DNA of 64,000 bases from an uncultured Gallionellaceae bacterium (GCA_964532405.1 CAZHIC010000007.1:6721-70720); one strand, 5' to 3'. Counted from the stretch's first letter, positions 9,484 through 20,873 are shown. Notes: generated by a model not told the origin, from the sequence alone. Numbers and translations: made by a program.

Positions 9484-10463
9484 TGCAATATTTTTTGGCA
9501 GGGGACATCGGCGGCACGAAGACCTTGTTGCAGATTTTCAAAGCAGGTGAGGCACGCGTGCCGTTGTTGTGCAAATCTTATCCCAGCGCGGGTTACGCCG
9601 GGTTGGCCGAAATCGTCGCGGAATTTCTGCGTGAGGCGAATGTGCAAGAAATTTCCTCCGCCTGTCTGGCTTTAGCCGGGCCGGTCTCCGGTCGGAAAGT
9701 CACGCTGACGAATTTGCCGTGGGTCGTGGATGCGGATGCACTCTCGCTGCGTTTCAATATTCCCACAATCTCACTCATCAATGATTTTGAAGCGGTGGGA
9801 TTGGGCGTGGCAGCGCTGGAGGCCCCGGATTTATTACCTCTCCAGCAAGGTGAAGTGCAGGCGCGTGGCGTGCGCATCGTGGTGGGCGCAGGCACGGGCT
9901 TGGGCGTGGCCTGGCTGACCTGGCAAGAAGGCGGTTACGCGGTACATCCCTCCGAGGGCGGGCATATCGATTTTGCGCCGACCGATGAATTGCAATATGC
10001 GTTGTTGCAGTATCTGCAACAACGCCACGGGCACGTTTCCTATGAGCGCATCGTCTCCGGCCCCGGTCTGGCGGCGATCTACGAATTTTTGCACGACAGC
10101 GGTCGCGCCACGCCTTCGGCTGAATTGATCGCCGCTATGCAAGCGGGCGATGGTGCCGCTGTGATTGCGCGTTTTGCGAGCGAACAGAACGAGGCCATCG
10201 CGCGACAGGCTTTGGAGTTGTTCACGCAGATATACGGGGCGTTCGTGGGTAATGTCGCGCTGGCGGCCTTGCCGCGCGGCGGCATCTATGTGGCGGGCGG
10301 CATCGCGGCAAAGATCGCGACACAGATGCAGAGCGGCGGTTTCAAGCGCGCTTTTTTGGATAAGGGGCGTTTCCATGATTTGCTGTCCACACTGCCGTTG
10401 TCTATTGTCACCAATCCGCAGATCGGTTTGCTGGGGGCGAGTCTGGTGGCGCAAAGGCAGTGA
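9483..10463 (+). CDS. glk: Glucokinase
   Basis: Has the LAGDIGGTKT N-terminus. It is 326 aa, and its ATG overlaps the zwf TGA by 1 nt. Confidence 0.9.
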   Translation: MQYFLAGDIGGTKTLLQIFKAGEARVPLLCKSYPSAGYAGLAEIVAEFLREANVQEISSACLALAGPVSGRKVTLTNLPWVVDADALSLRFNIPTISLINDFEAVGLGVAALEAPDLLPLQQGEVQARGVRIVVGAGTGLGVAWLTWQEGGYAVHPSEGGHIDFAPTDELQYALLQYLQQRHGHVSYERIVSGPGLAAIYEFLHDSGRATPSAELIAAMQAGDGAAVIARFASEQNEAIARQALELFTQIYGAFVGNVALAALPRGGIYVAGGIAAKIATQMQSGGFKRAFLDKGRFHDLLSTLPLSIVTNPQIGLLGASLVAQRQ

Positions 10464-10543
10464 GCGATTGGCCTCGCGTTGCTTGTAACTCCGTCAGTAC
10501 AGCGTGTCCCGCCAAAATCGGCTAGAATCCGCCCCTCGCGAAT

Positions 10544-10572
10544 TCCCGCTAAACTTGGCGGGATACGTTTTT
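10544..10572 (+). terminator. Weak hairpin plus T-run between glk and lepA
   Basis: TCCCGC-N8-GCGGGA followed by TACGTTTTT. The stem is only 6 bp. Confidence 0.3.
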
Positions 10573-10589
10573 AGCAGACAGATAACCTC

Positions 10590-12383
<1,794 letters not shown>

Positions 12384-12395
12384 ACGGGAACTGAA

Positions 12396-13199
12396 ATGGA
12401 CTTTGCTTTAATCATGTTTTCTTTGCTGCTGGTGACAGGCGGCATCTGGCTGTTGGATAAATTCGTGTTGCAGCCCAAGCGCGTGGCGGAGACTGCCGAG
12501 CCTTGGTGGGTCGAATACGCCAAGAGCTTCTTCCCCGTCATTTTGGCGGTGTTTTTGTTGCGCTCATTTTTGGTTGAGCCGTTCAAAATACCCTCCGGTT
12601 CGATGATTCCGACGCTGCAAGTGGGCGATTTTATTCTGGTGAATAAATTCACGTTCGGTATTCGTCTGCCGATCATCAATCAAAAAATCGTGCAGATCAA
12701 CGACCCCAAGCGCGGCGATGTGATGGTGTTCCATTACCCGGAGAATCCATCGGTGGACTACATTAAGCGCGTGGTCGGATTACCCGGCGATACGGTTGTT
12801 TACCGTAACAAAAAGCTATGGATCAACGGGGCTGAGCAAACGCAGCAGCATGATGGCGATTATAATTATGTCGAGAGCGGCTTGAGTTTCGTCCACACTG
12901 AACGCTCCAATGAAGACTTGAGCGGGCATGTGCATCCGATCCTAGTGAATCCCGAGATGCCTTCGGTACACTTGGGTAGTGTCGCCGAATTTCCGCAGAT
13001 CGAGAATTGCCGCTATAGCTTGGCAGAGGTAAGCTGCAAAGTTCCAGAGGGGCACTATTTCATGATGGGCGATAATCGCGACAATAGCCGCGATAGCCGT
13101 TATTGGGGTTTCGTACCCGACAAGATGATCGTGGGCAAAGCCTTTTTTATCTGGATGAATTTTGGTGATTTGAAGCGCATTGGTTTGTCGATTAACTAA
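12396..13199 (+). CDS. lepB: Signal peptidase I
   Basis: Contains [28 protein letters not shown] and [16 protein letters not shown]. Confidence 0.95.
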   Translation: MDFALIMFSLLLVTGGIWLLDKFVLQPKRVAETAEPWWVEYAKSFFPVILAVFLLRSFLVEPFKIPSGSMIPTLQVGDFILVNKFTFGIRLPIINQKIVQINDPKRGDVMVFHYPENPSVDYIKRVVGLPGDTVVYRNKKLWINGAEQTQQHDGDYNYVESGLSFVHTERSNEDLSGHVHPILVNPEMPSVHLGSVAEFPQIENCRYSLAEVSCKVPEGHYFMMGDNRDNSRDSRYWGFVPDKMIVGKAFFIWMNFGDLKRIGLSIN

Positions 13200-13218
13200 A
13201 CGGGCACAAGGAGCGATA

Positions 13219-13587
13219 ATGAAAGCAGGCATAAACACACAACGCGGCATGAGCATGACCGGGATTATTCTGATTATTGCGGGTTTTCTATTCGTCGCCA
13301 TTCTGGGGATGAAACTTATTCCCGCCTATATGCACAGCGCGCAGATCGAGCATATATTCAAGGTAATCGTGAATGATCCTGAAATGCAGAACGCCGCCGT
13401 CAAAGACATTCGCGCTTCCTATGCCAAGCGCGCCACGATGGACTACATCACCAACATCACCGCCGAGGATATCGAGGTGAGCAAGGACGGCGGAAGCCTT
13501 ACCCTGAGTGCCAGTTATACGGTGAAGATTCCGGTGACCGGCAATATCAGTCTGGTGCTTGAGTTCAATCCGAGTAGCACCAAATAA
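13219..13587 (+). CDS. DUF4845-like small membrane protein
   Basis: AAGGAG Shine-Dalgarno before ATG 13219. It has an N-terminal TM helix (GIILIIAGFLFVAILG) and the conserved position between lepB and rnc. Confidence 0.7.
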   Translation: MKAGINTQRGMSMTGIILIIAGFLFVAILGMKLIPAYMHSAQIEHIFKVIVNDPEMQNAAVKDIRASYAKRATMDYITNITAEDIEVSKDGGSLTLSASYTVKIPVTGNISLVLEFNPSSTK

Positions 13588-13594
13588 TCAGCCC

Positions 13595-14272
13595 ATGGAT
13601 CGAGAGTCGTTGTGTCGGCAGATAGGTTATCAATTTGCGCGACCGCAATTGCTGCAAAAAGCACTGACGCACCGCAGCCATAGTGCGGCGCATTACGAGC
13701 GTTTGGAGTTTTTGGGCGACAGCGTATTGAACTGCGCGATCGCTAAATATCTTTACGATCAGCATCCCGACCTGCCGGAAGGCGACTTATCCCGGTTGCG
13801 CTCGAATCTGGTCAATCAGCAGACGCTGTTCGCTTTGGCGCAAGGTTTGAATCTGGGCGAGTTGCTGTTGCTCGGCGAGGGCGAGCGCAAAAGTGCCGGT
13901 TTCCGCCGTCCTTCTATACTCGCCGATGCAATGGAAGCCCTGTTCGGTGCGATCTTTATGGACTCGGATTTCGCCGCCGCCGAACAGGTCGTGTTGCGCC
14001 TGTATGTGCCCTTCATAGCGCAGATGGATGTACAGAGTTTGGGAAAAGACGCCAAGACCCAGTTGCAGGAGTATTTGCAAGCACGCAAACTGGCTCTGCC
14101 CAAGTATGCAGTGGTCGCCACCCAGGGCGAGGCGCATGCGCAACTATTTGTGGTTGAATGCGACATCGCCGAAATGAAAATCACCACGCGCGGCGAAGGC
14201 AGCAGCCGCCGCATCGCCGAACAAGCCGCAGCCGAAGCTGCCTATAACTTACTGAACAAAACGAAATCATGA
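13595..14272 (+). CDS. rnc: Ribonuclease III
   Basis: Contains [11 protein letters not shown] and [11 protein letters not shown] (the RNase III signature) and a C-terminal dsRBD. I prefer ATG 13595. Confidence 0.95.
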   Translation: MDRESLCRQIGYQFARPQLLQKALTHRSHSAAHYERLEFLGDSVLNCAIAKYLYDQHPDLPEGDLSRLRSNLVNQQTLFALAQGLNLGELLLLGEGERKSAGFRRPSILADAMEALFGAIFMDSDFAAAEQVVLRLYVPFIAQMDVQSLGKDAKTQLQEYLQARKLALPKYAVVATQGEAHAQLFVVECDIAEMKITTRGEGSSRRIAEQAAAEAAYNLLNKTKS

Positions 14273-15165
14273 CCGATACTCCCCACACTTTTCACAGCGG
14301 CTTCATTGCCATCGTCGGGCGTCCCAACGTGGGCAAATCCACGCTGCTCAACCACCTCATCGGGCAGAAGATCAGCATCACTTCGCGCAAGGCGCAAACC
14401 ACGCGCCATCGCATCACCGGCATTCTCACCGAAGAGCAGGCGCAATTCGTTTTCGTCGATACGCCGGGCTTTCAGACCCAGCATCTGAACACGCTGAACA
14501 AAGGCCTCAACAAAGTGGTGACCAGCAGTTTGCGCGACGTCAACGTCGTGCTGTTCGTCATCGAGGCGCGCCACTTCGACGAACGCGACCGCCAAGTGAT
14601 GAACCTGTTGCCCACCCACATCCCCGTCCTGTTGGTCATCAACAAAGTGGACAACATGGAGAACAAAAGCGAGTTATTGCCGTTCATCCAAGACATTGCC
14701 AAAGAGCACCATTTTGCGGCCATCGTGCCGGTGAGTGCCAAGCATGACAGTCAACTCGACACTCTGCTGGAGGCGATTCGTCCCTATCTGCCGGAAGGCG
14801 AAAAAATATATCCAGAAGACGAAGTGACTGACCGCAATGAACGTTTCCTCGCGGCAGAAATCGTGCGCGAAAAAGTATTCCGCTTTACCGGGGAGGAGCT
14901 GCCTTACTCCGTGAGCGTGGTGATCGAGCAATTCAAAATGGACGGAAAAATGCGCCGCATCCATGCCGCCATCCTCGTGGACAAAGATGCGCACAAAGCC
15001 ATGCTCATCGGTGCCAAAGGCGAAAAACTCAAAGAGATCGCCACCCAAGCGCGTCTCGATATGGAAAAACTGTTCGACGGAAAAGTCTATCTGGAAGTGT
15101 GGATCAAAGTGCGCAGCGGCTGGGCCGATAGCCCGCAGATGCTGAAATCATTGGGCTACGAATAA
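14269..15165 (+). CDS. era: GTPase Era
   Basis: Contains [26 protein letters not shown] and a KH domain. ATGA overlap with rnc. Confidence 0.97.
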   Translation: MTDTPHTFHSGFIAIVGRPNVGKSTLLNHLIGQKISITSRKAQTTRHRITGILTEEQAQFVFVDTPGFQTQHLNTLNKGLNKVVTSSLRDVNVVLFVIEARHFDERDRQVMNLLPTHIPVLLVINKVDNMENKSELLPFIQDIAKEHHFAAIVPVSAKHDSQLDTLLEAIRPYLPEGEKIYPEDEVTDRNERFLAAEIVREKVFRFTGEELPYSVSVVIEQFKMDGKMRRIHAAILVDKDAHKAMLIGAKGEKLKEIATQARLDMEKLFDGKVYLEVWIKVRSGWADSPQMLKSLGYE

Positions 15166-15170
15166 GCCCC

Positions 15171-15233
15171 GTCATTCCGGCGTAGGCCGGAAACCCGCAG
15201 TTGTAGGTTGGGTGGAGCGTAGCGATACCCAAC
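15171..15233. repeat. Two adjacent REP hairpins just after the era stop
   Basis: The first is TTCCGGC-GTAG-GCCGGAA at 15175-15192. The second is the GTAG-headed GTAGGTTGGGT...ACCCAAC at 15203-15233. Confidence 0.7.
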
Positions 15234-15974
15234 ATTTGAGGCCGAAACTTGACCAACAGGCTAAGGAGTAACTCGCTAGTTCATCGCAAAATGGCAAGGC
15301 AGCACACTCAACGAGCGACAAAGCTATCAAGCGCATTTTGCCGACCTGTGCGCCTTGGTCGGTGCCGAGACACCAACTCCCGCCAGCGCGGACAACTACT
15401 GTTACGAACGCGGTGTCGCCAAGACGGGCAGCAAACATGGCTGGGCGGACGTGTGGAAGCGCGGCTGTTTCGCCATCGAATACAAAGCGCCGGATCACAA
15501 TCTAGATGCCGCGCTCAAACAACTGATGACCTACGCGCTGGCGCTGGACAACCCGCCGCTGCTGGTGGTGTGCGACACACAGATCATCCAGATACACACT
15601 CACTTCACCAACGCACCCAGCGAAATTCACACCATCGCGCTGCAAGACCTAGCCTTACAAACCAACCTCGACAAGTTGCGCTGGCTTTTCACCGCACCCG
15701 ACAAATTTCATCCGCAGCGCACTATCGCGCAGATCACCGAAGAGGCCGCAGGCAAATTCGCCGCCCTCGCGCAGTCGTTGAATGGCAGAGGCCATGCCCC
15801 GCCTGCGGCAGCGGAAACTTTCTCTATCTTGCGCTGCGTGCCTTAAAAGACCTCGAACACAAAGCCAACCTCGAGTGCGCTTCTTGTGGAGTGCAGCGAC
15901 GTGTCGCTGCAAAGCGCAGTCGAGACTGCGCACTCCAAACATAACAGCGCTACAGGGAGCGAGCCACGTATGAA

Positions 15975-16012
15975 CTCCTCCCCTGACAAGGGGAGGCTGG
16001 GAGGGGTTGAGG
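15975..16012 (+). repeat. REP (CTCCCC-TGACAA-GGGGAG type) inside the MTase pseudogene
   Basis: About 35 of 38 nt match the reverse complement of 57935-57968. It translates as [11 protein letters not shown]. Confidence 0.75.
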
Positions 16013-16375
16013 TTTCTGAAGCGCAATGGCCCACCGTCGATGCCATCATCGGCAATCCGCCTTTCCTAGGCGACAAAAAAATGCACGGCGAATTAGGTGA
16101 TGACTACACCGAAGCCCTGCGCAAATGCTACGCAGAGCGTGTGCCGGGCGGCGCAGACTTGGTCACCTACTGGTTTGAGAAAGCACGCGCACAGATCGAA
16201 GCGGACAAGTGCCTGCGCGCCGGATTGGTTGCCACCAACTCGCTACGGCAAAAGCGCAACCGCCCGGTGTTGGAACGTATATTGGAGAGTGGGAATATTT
16301 TCAATGCGTGGAGCGATGAGGAATGGATTAACGAAGGCGCAGCGGTGCGCGTATCGCTGGTGTGTTTTGATGTTA

Positions 16376-16414
16376 CCCCTCGCCCGCAGGCGGGAGAGGG
16401 GCAAGGGGAGAGGG
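16376..16414 (+). repeat. REP inserted in frame in the MTase ORF
   Basis: CCTCGCCCGC-AG-GCGGGAGAGG, with arms identical to 6862-6883. It translates as PRPQAGEGQGER. Confidence 0.75.
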
Positions 16415-17128
16415 TCTGCATTCTCAACGGAGCGCCTGTCACCACCATCCATGCCGACCTCACCGCAGGCGGCAATGGCGGGAGCGACTTGACGAGTGCG
16501 CAGCCGCTCAAACAAAACGCTGGATGGTCATACTTCGGCTTATGTCTGGCAGGCGCTTTCAAAGTCCCGAGTGAAATAGCACAAGCTTTGCTCAAGCTGC
16601 CCAACCCGCATGGCAAGCCGAACTCGGATGTGCTGCTTCCCATCTACAACGGCTCCGACATCACGCGCCGCTGGGCGGGCGATTGGGTGATCGACTTTGC
16701 CCTGCTGGATGAACAGCAAGCCGCACTATACGAAGCACCGTTCGCCTACGTGGTGGAGCACGTCAAGCCTGTGCGCGCCAGCAACCGCGAAGCGTCGCGC
16801 GCCGAAAAATGGTGGCGGCATGGCAGAGCGCGTCCAGAACTGCGCAGCAAACTTGCCAGTCTGCAACGCTACATCGCCACACCGGAAACGGCCAAGCATC
16901 GCTTCTTCGTCAGCTTCCCGATCAGCGTCGCGCCGGAACACAGCCTCATCGTCATCCCTGTGGATAGCGATGCAGTGTTCGGCCTCTTGTCCTCGCGTCT
17001 GCATACCGTTTGGGCGTTAGCCAAAGGCGGGCGCATGGGAATGGGCAACGACCCGCGCTACAACTCCTCGCTTATTTTCGATACTTTTCCATTCCCCGAA
17101 GGGCTAGCTCCCGCCGATACCATTCCCT

Positions 17129-17227
17129 CCGTTCGCCCTGAGCTTGTCGAAGGGTGTACGGACGCGCAACCCGTTCATGCCGCTTCGACTAGCTCTGGAC
17201 AGGCTTCGACAAGCTCAGCACGAACGG
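17129..17227. repeat. About 100-bp palindromic MITE-like element, in frame in the MTase ORF
   Basis: The arms are CCGTTCGCCCTGAGCTTGTCGAAGG (17129-17153) and GGCTTCGACAAGCTCAGCACGAACGG (17202-17227). It translates as VRPELVEG...ASTSSARTG. Confidence 0.7.
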
Positions 17228-17566
17228 GGGAACGTGATGCGATTGTCGCCGCCGCACAAGCATTGAGCCAACTCCGTGACAACTGGCTCAATCCACCCGA
17301 ATGGACAGATTGGGTGCGCACATCCGAAGAAGAAAAAGCAGGCTATCCCTTGCGCCCCGTTGCCAAACCCGGACACGAAGCCGACCTGAAAAAACGCACC
17401 CTCACCAACCTCTACAATGCCCGCCCCGCATGGCTGGACAATGCACACAAAACGTTGGATGCCGCTGTCGCCAAGGCTTACGGCTGGAACGACTACACGC
17501 CGGAAATGCCGGATGAGGAAGTTTTGCGGCGGTTGTTGGCGTTGAATTTGGCACGCTAGGTTTCCT

Positions 17567-18325
17567 ATGAAATTCAGAGACATCACAGTTGGCGCGTATT
17601 CAAGGCTACACGAGCTGATTGCTTCGCGTAGTGAGCCTCCGTGCGTGCCATTTCTAGGGTACGAGTATCCGAAAGACCAGCCAGATTTCATCTATGGCTG
17701 GCAAGAGCAGGATTTCACGCGAGAGCTTGTTAATGCCTTCAATCAGTACGCCCTTTGGGTAGGTCGAGTTGGATTATGAGAGGAGGTATTGCGCGACTAC
17801 TCGGAGGACGAAGTTCTTGAACTTCGTCTTGAATTCACAACGCTCCCTCTTGATTACTGCCTTTCTTTCCCACAAAAATTTAAGTCTCGAATCGTCTACT
17901 GTGCGACTCATCTGTGCTACATGAAGGGAGTCGCCGAAAATCTTGTATCGAAGGAGTGTGCTCGCCCTGACGATAAAATAAATATGGGTGCCTTGGTCGA
18001 TGTTGCGAAGCATTGGTCTTCAGGCGCAAAGCTTATAGCAACATTAGGAGATATTGACGCACAGCAATATCGTGAATCCACGGACAACTATCGCAACAAG
18101 GCACAACACCGTCATCCGCAACGGCTGGACTACGGCCATACAACAAATGTTGTACAAAGTTTTCCGCCCGGCTATTCCGTTAGTTATACCTTCGGTGAGT
18201 CCCCTCCGTTGGTTACCAGCGATGCCTTGCCTATCTTGGCGGCGGAAGCGGATCGTATGAGAGCTGTTTTCTTTGCATATAGGGCTTTGGTTGATGAGCA
18301 CGGTAGTATCAAAAGTAAAGCCTAA
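17567..18325 (+). pseudogene. Unknown-function gene of 252 codons, interrupted by an in-frame TGA at 17777-17779
   Basis: The track ORFs 17567-17779 and 17789-18325 share a reading frame and are separated only by TGA GAG GAG GTA. The TTG at 17789 has AGGAGG only 2 nt upstream. GC is about 40%. The gene starts 8 nt after the MTase stop. I recognise no motif. Confidence 0.45.
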
Positions 18326-18397
18326 TCCATTTTACAAACACTGCCGCAACAATAATATGTATTGCCGCTAATCCCAAAACGGGACTGAAATGCGCCT

Positions 18398-18700
18398 ATG
18401 CGTGTGATCACCCTATCAACCCTTAAAGCCTTTTGGGAAAACAATCCGAGTCATCTGGATGCACGCGAGCCGTGCCTCGCGTGGTATCGGCAAGTGCTAG
18501 TAGCTGATTGGGCTTCACCCGCTGCGGTGAAGGGGAGCTTTGGTAATGCCAGCATTCTTAAAGACGGGTGGGGGGTGTTCAACATCGCAGGTAACAAATA
18601 CCGGCTGGTGGTGTGAATCAATTACACTTACCGTGTAATGTATGTTCGCTTCATCGGCACACACAAGCAGTATGACGCGATAGATGCGCAAACGATATGA
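18398..18700 (+). pseudogene. higB: HigB-family toxin with an in-frame TGA at 18614-18616
   Basis: The sequence [39 protein letters not shown] is colinear with E. coli HigB FNVGGNELRVVAMVFFESQKCYIREVMTHKEYD. The 27 codons after the stop remain in frame up to TGA 18698. Confidence 0.7.
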
Positions 18701-18709
18701 GGTGCAAAT

Positions 18710-19084
18710 ATGGACATTAAACCAATCAAGACCAAGGCGGATTACCGTGCCGCCCTCAAAGATATTGAGGGATTGATGACGGCGCGCGCCAATACGCCGG
18801 AAGGCGAGCGGCTGGATGTGCTGGTGACGCTGGTGGAAGCATACGAACGCAAGCATTATCCAATGGAGTTGCCCGATCCGATTGAGGCGATCAAGTGCCG
18901 CATGGAAAGCTTGGGGCTGAAGCCGAAAGATTTACAGCCGATGATCGGTGGACTGAATCGCGTGTATGAGGTGCTGGCTTACACGCGCCCGCTGACGCTG
19001 CCGATGATTCGCCGTTTGCATGAAGGGCTGGGCATTCCGGCGGAATGTTTGATTAAATCGTCACAGCATCAGCAGGCGGCTTGA
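18710..19084 (+). CDS. higA: HigA-family antitoxin (HTH)
   Basis: Contains IKTKADYRAALKDIEGLM...LVTLVEAYE plus a C-terminal HTH (LKPKDLQPMIGGLNRVYEVLAYTRPLTLPMIRRLHEGLGIP). It lies directly downstream of higB. Confidence 0.8.
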   Translation: MDIKPIKTKADYRAALKDIEGLMTARANTPEGERLDVLVTLVEAYERKHYPMELPDPIEAIKCRMESLGLKPKDLQPMIGGLNRVYEVLAYTRPLTLPMIRRLHEGLGIPAECLIKSSQHQQAA

Positions 19085-19115
19085 CTGAGATTTTCCGGCA
19101 ATCCGGTCTTTGGGT

Positions 19116-19298
19116 CTAGATCGCGGATACCGTCGCCAACGGTAGGAACAAAGTCAACGGTGAGTTTGGCAAAGGAATAAAACCGTGATACTGGTAAAAG
19201 GCCGCTACTTTTTTATCCTTGGCATCAACGACCATCGAGTAGCCGCCCAGATTGTACTGACGAAGGGACAGCGAAAAGGATTGACGAAGCTGGTGAAC
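19116..19298 (-). pseudogene. C-terminal stub of a GNAT-family (TacT-like) toxin
   Basis: My translation of the - strand gives ...LGGYSMVVDAKDKKVAAFYQYHGFIPLPNSPLTLFLPLATVSAI*. This is typical of the C-terminus of DUF1778-associated GNAT toxins. Upstream it is cut by stops and the IS630 remnant. Confidence 0.5.
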
Positions 19299-19299
19299 T

Positions 19300-20040
19300 C
19301 AAAACTCACCAGCGTGAGGCTGAAAAGCTTGGCATTAGCGCGGCCAGCGTAGCGCGCCAATGGCCTCAAGCCCCACCTCGCGAGGGGTTTCAAAATATCG
19401 CGCGACCCGGAATTCGTCGAGAAACTCGAAGATATTGTGGGGTTGTATTTAACCCCACCGGAACATGCCATCGTGCTGTGTTGTGATGAGAAAAGTCAGA
19501 TCCAAGCATTGGATAGAACGCAGCCCGGATTGGCACTCAAGAAGGGGGCATTCACGATGACAAGCGTCACGGCACAATGACATTATTTGCTGCACTGAAT
19601 GTGCTCGGCGGCCAAGTGATCGTCGGGTGTCAGCAACAACACCGCCATGTCGAGTGGTTGAATTTTCTGAAGAAAATTGATCGTGAAACGCCCAAAGGAA
19701 AGAGGCTAATCTGATCGTGGACAACTACGCAACACACAAACATCCGGTCGTGATAGCGTGGCTGGAAAAGCATCCGCGCTTTGTCATGCACTTCACGCCG
19801 ACATCCGCGTCCTGGCTGAACAGGGTTGAGCGTTTCTTCCGGGACATCACCACGGAACGGCTACGTCGTGGTGTGTTCACCCGCGTGCCGGAACTCATCG
19901 CGGCCATCAATGCGTACATCGGTCACCACAACACTAAACCAAAGCCTTTTATCTGGACTGCCAAGGCAAAAGATATATTGCCAAAGGTCATTCGTGCCAA
20001 CGAGCGTTTAAGTTCCAAACAGAATGCAACACTACGCTAG
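19300..20040 (+). mobile_element. IS630-family transposase pseudogene (5'-truncated, with internal deletion and frameshift)
   Basis: Fragments lie in different frames: [58 protein letters not shown] and [14 protein letters not shown]...[21 protein letters not shown]. The 19717-20040 ORF follows with DNYATHKHP...SWLNRVERFF. Confidence 0.85.
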
Positions 20041-20150
20041 AACTTGGGTTGCTACCATTGCGCAGCGGTGCGTTTACGTGTGACTTGCGGCAAGGCGTAA
20101 TGGGCGATTTGGCGGCTAGCCAATTTTGCTTTGGCTCGAACTGGGGCGGC
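20036..20150. repeat. Direct repeat copy A (contiguous)
   Basis: 20036-20060 matches 21449-21473 at 24 of 25 nt. 20061-20150 matches 22043-22132 at about 80-85%, with a 37-nt perfect core TTTGGCGGCTAGCCAATTTTGCTTTGGCTCGAACTGG. Confidence 0.85.
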
Positions 20151-20235
20151 GTGAGCCATCAAGTTTTTCTTGGCCAACTTAGCCAGGTTGAGTTACACTG
20201 CGCGCATCTTTCAAACATCTCCGAGGAGTCGAATC

Positions 20236-20481
20236 GTGCAATGCAATATGCTCGAAGCCAAAAGCCAACTTTCCAAACTGGTGCAAGCTGCATTGGCAGG
20301 CGAGGATGTCGTTATCGCCAACAAGGGCGTGCCTGTCGTCAGGTTGGTTAAAGTGGATGCACTAAGCGTTGCGCGCAAGCCCGGTGCATGGTCGGGTCTG
20401 TCCAAGGCAAAAGTAGATTGGGACTCTGCCACTACCAATGCAGCCATCGCTGAAATGCTCGGTGGAAACAAATTGCTGTGA
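20236..20481 (+). CDS. vapB: Phd/YefM-type antitoxin
   Basis: Contains MLEAKSQLSKLVQAALAGEDVVIANKGVPVVRLV. There is a GAGGAG Shine-Dalgarno 7 nt before GTG 20236; ATG 20248 is an alternative start. It overlaps the PIN toxin gene by 4 nt. Confidence 0.8.
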   Translation: MQCNMLEAKSQLSKLVQAALAGEDVVIANKGVPVVRLVKVDALSVARKPGAWSGLSKAKVDWDSATTNAAIAEMLGGNKLL

Positions 20482-20858
20482 AGCGCTATTTGATCGACAC
20501 CCACTTGGCGTACTGGTGGATGACGGCAGATGCGCGCTTGGGCAAAGCAACACAACGCATCATCGCCAAATCCGACATCGTGGTGAGCACCGCAAGTCTA
20601 TGGGAAATGGTACTGAAAAATAGCAAAGGCAAATTACCCTTGCCGCAAGGTTCGCTCACCGAACAACTCGAAGCGCAGGGGTTTATTCTGCTGCCGATTT
20701 TACCGCGACATATCGAAGCAGCGCGCAATTTGAATTGCGCCCACAACGACCCATTCGACAGATTACTTATTGCTCAGGCGCATGATGAAAGACTCACACT
20801 GCTTACGCGTGATGCGGTGATACTTGGGTTGGGGTTGAACGGGGTAGAGGAGGGATGA
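20478..20858 (+). CDS. vapC: PIN-domain toxin (VapC family)
   Basis: Contains YLIDTH..., SLWEM and NDPFDRLLIAQA. The acidic PIN residues are in order. It is 126 aa. Confidence 0.85.
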   Translation: MKRYLIDTHLAYWWMTADARLGKATQRIIAKSDIVVSTASLWEMVLKNSKGKLPLPQGSLTEQLEAQGFILLPILPRHIEAARNLNCAHNDPFDRLLIAQAHDERLTLLTRDAVILGLGLNGVEEG

Positions 20859-20873
20859 TGCAAAAACACGGGC

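Larger units (their letters stand above)
15280..17559 (+). pseudogene. MmeI/YeeA-like type IIL restriction-modification fusion enzyme, inactivated by deletions and frameshifts
   Basis: Frame 1 opens right after TAG 15277 with FIAKWQGSTLNERQSYQAHFADLCALVG...DVWKRGCFAIEYK (D-x9-E-x-K) and stops at 15846. MTase motif I, PACGSGNFLYLALRALKDLE, is in a different frame at about 15795-15850. Motif IV, IIGNPPFLG, is back in frame 1 in the 15886-17559 ORF. Large helical segments expected between these motifs are missing, and REP elements sit at the junctions. Confidence 0.8.

Noticed and set aside
15249-15944. 231-aa + strand ORF treated as a gene
   Set aside because: It is a composite frame crossing the methyltransferase pseudogene. 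Only its short PACGSGNFLY segment is genuine (displaced motif I). The rest is Arg-rich out-of-frame read-through.
17777-18616. The two in-frame TGA codons read as selenocysteine
   Set aside because: I see no convincing SECIS-like hairpin immediately 3' of either TGA. The contexts (a toxin and an unknown island gene amid other pseudogenes) fit decay better. It is kept only as something to exclude experimentally.
19205-19724. Two - strand ORFs (88 aa and 91 aa)
   Set aside because: They lie antisense to recognisable IS630 transposase fragments on the + strand and have no motifs.
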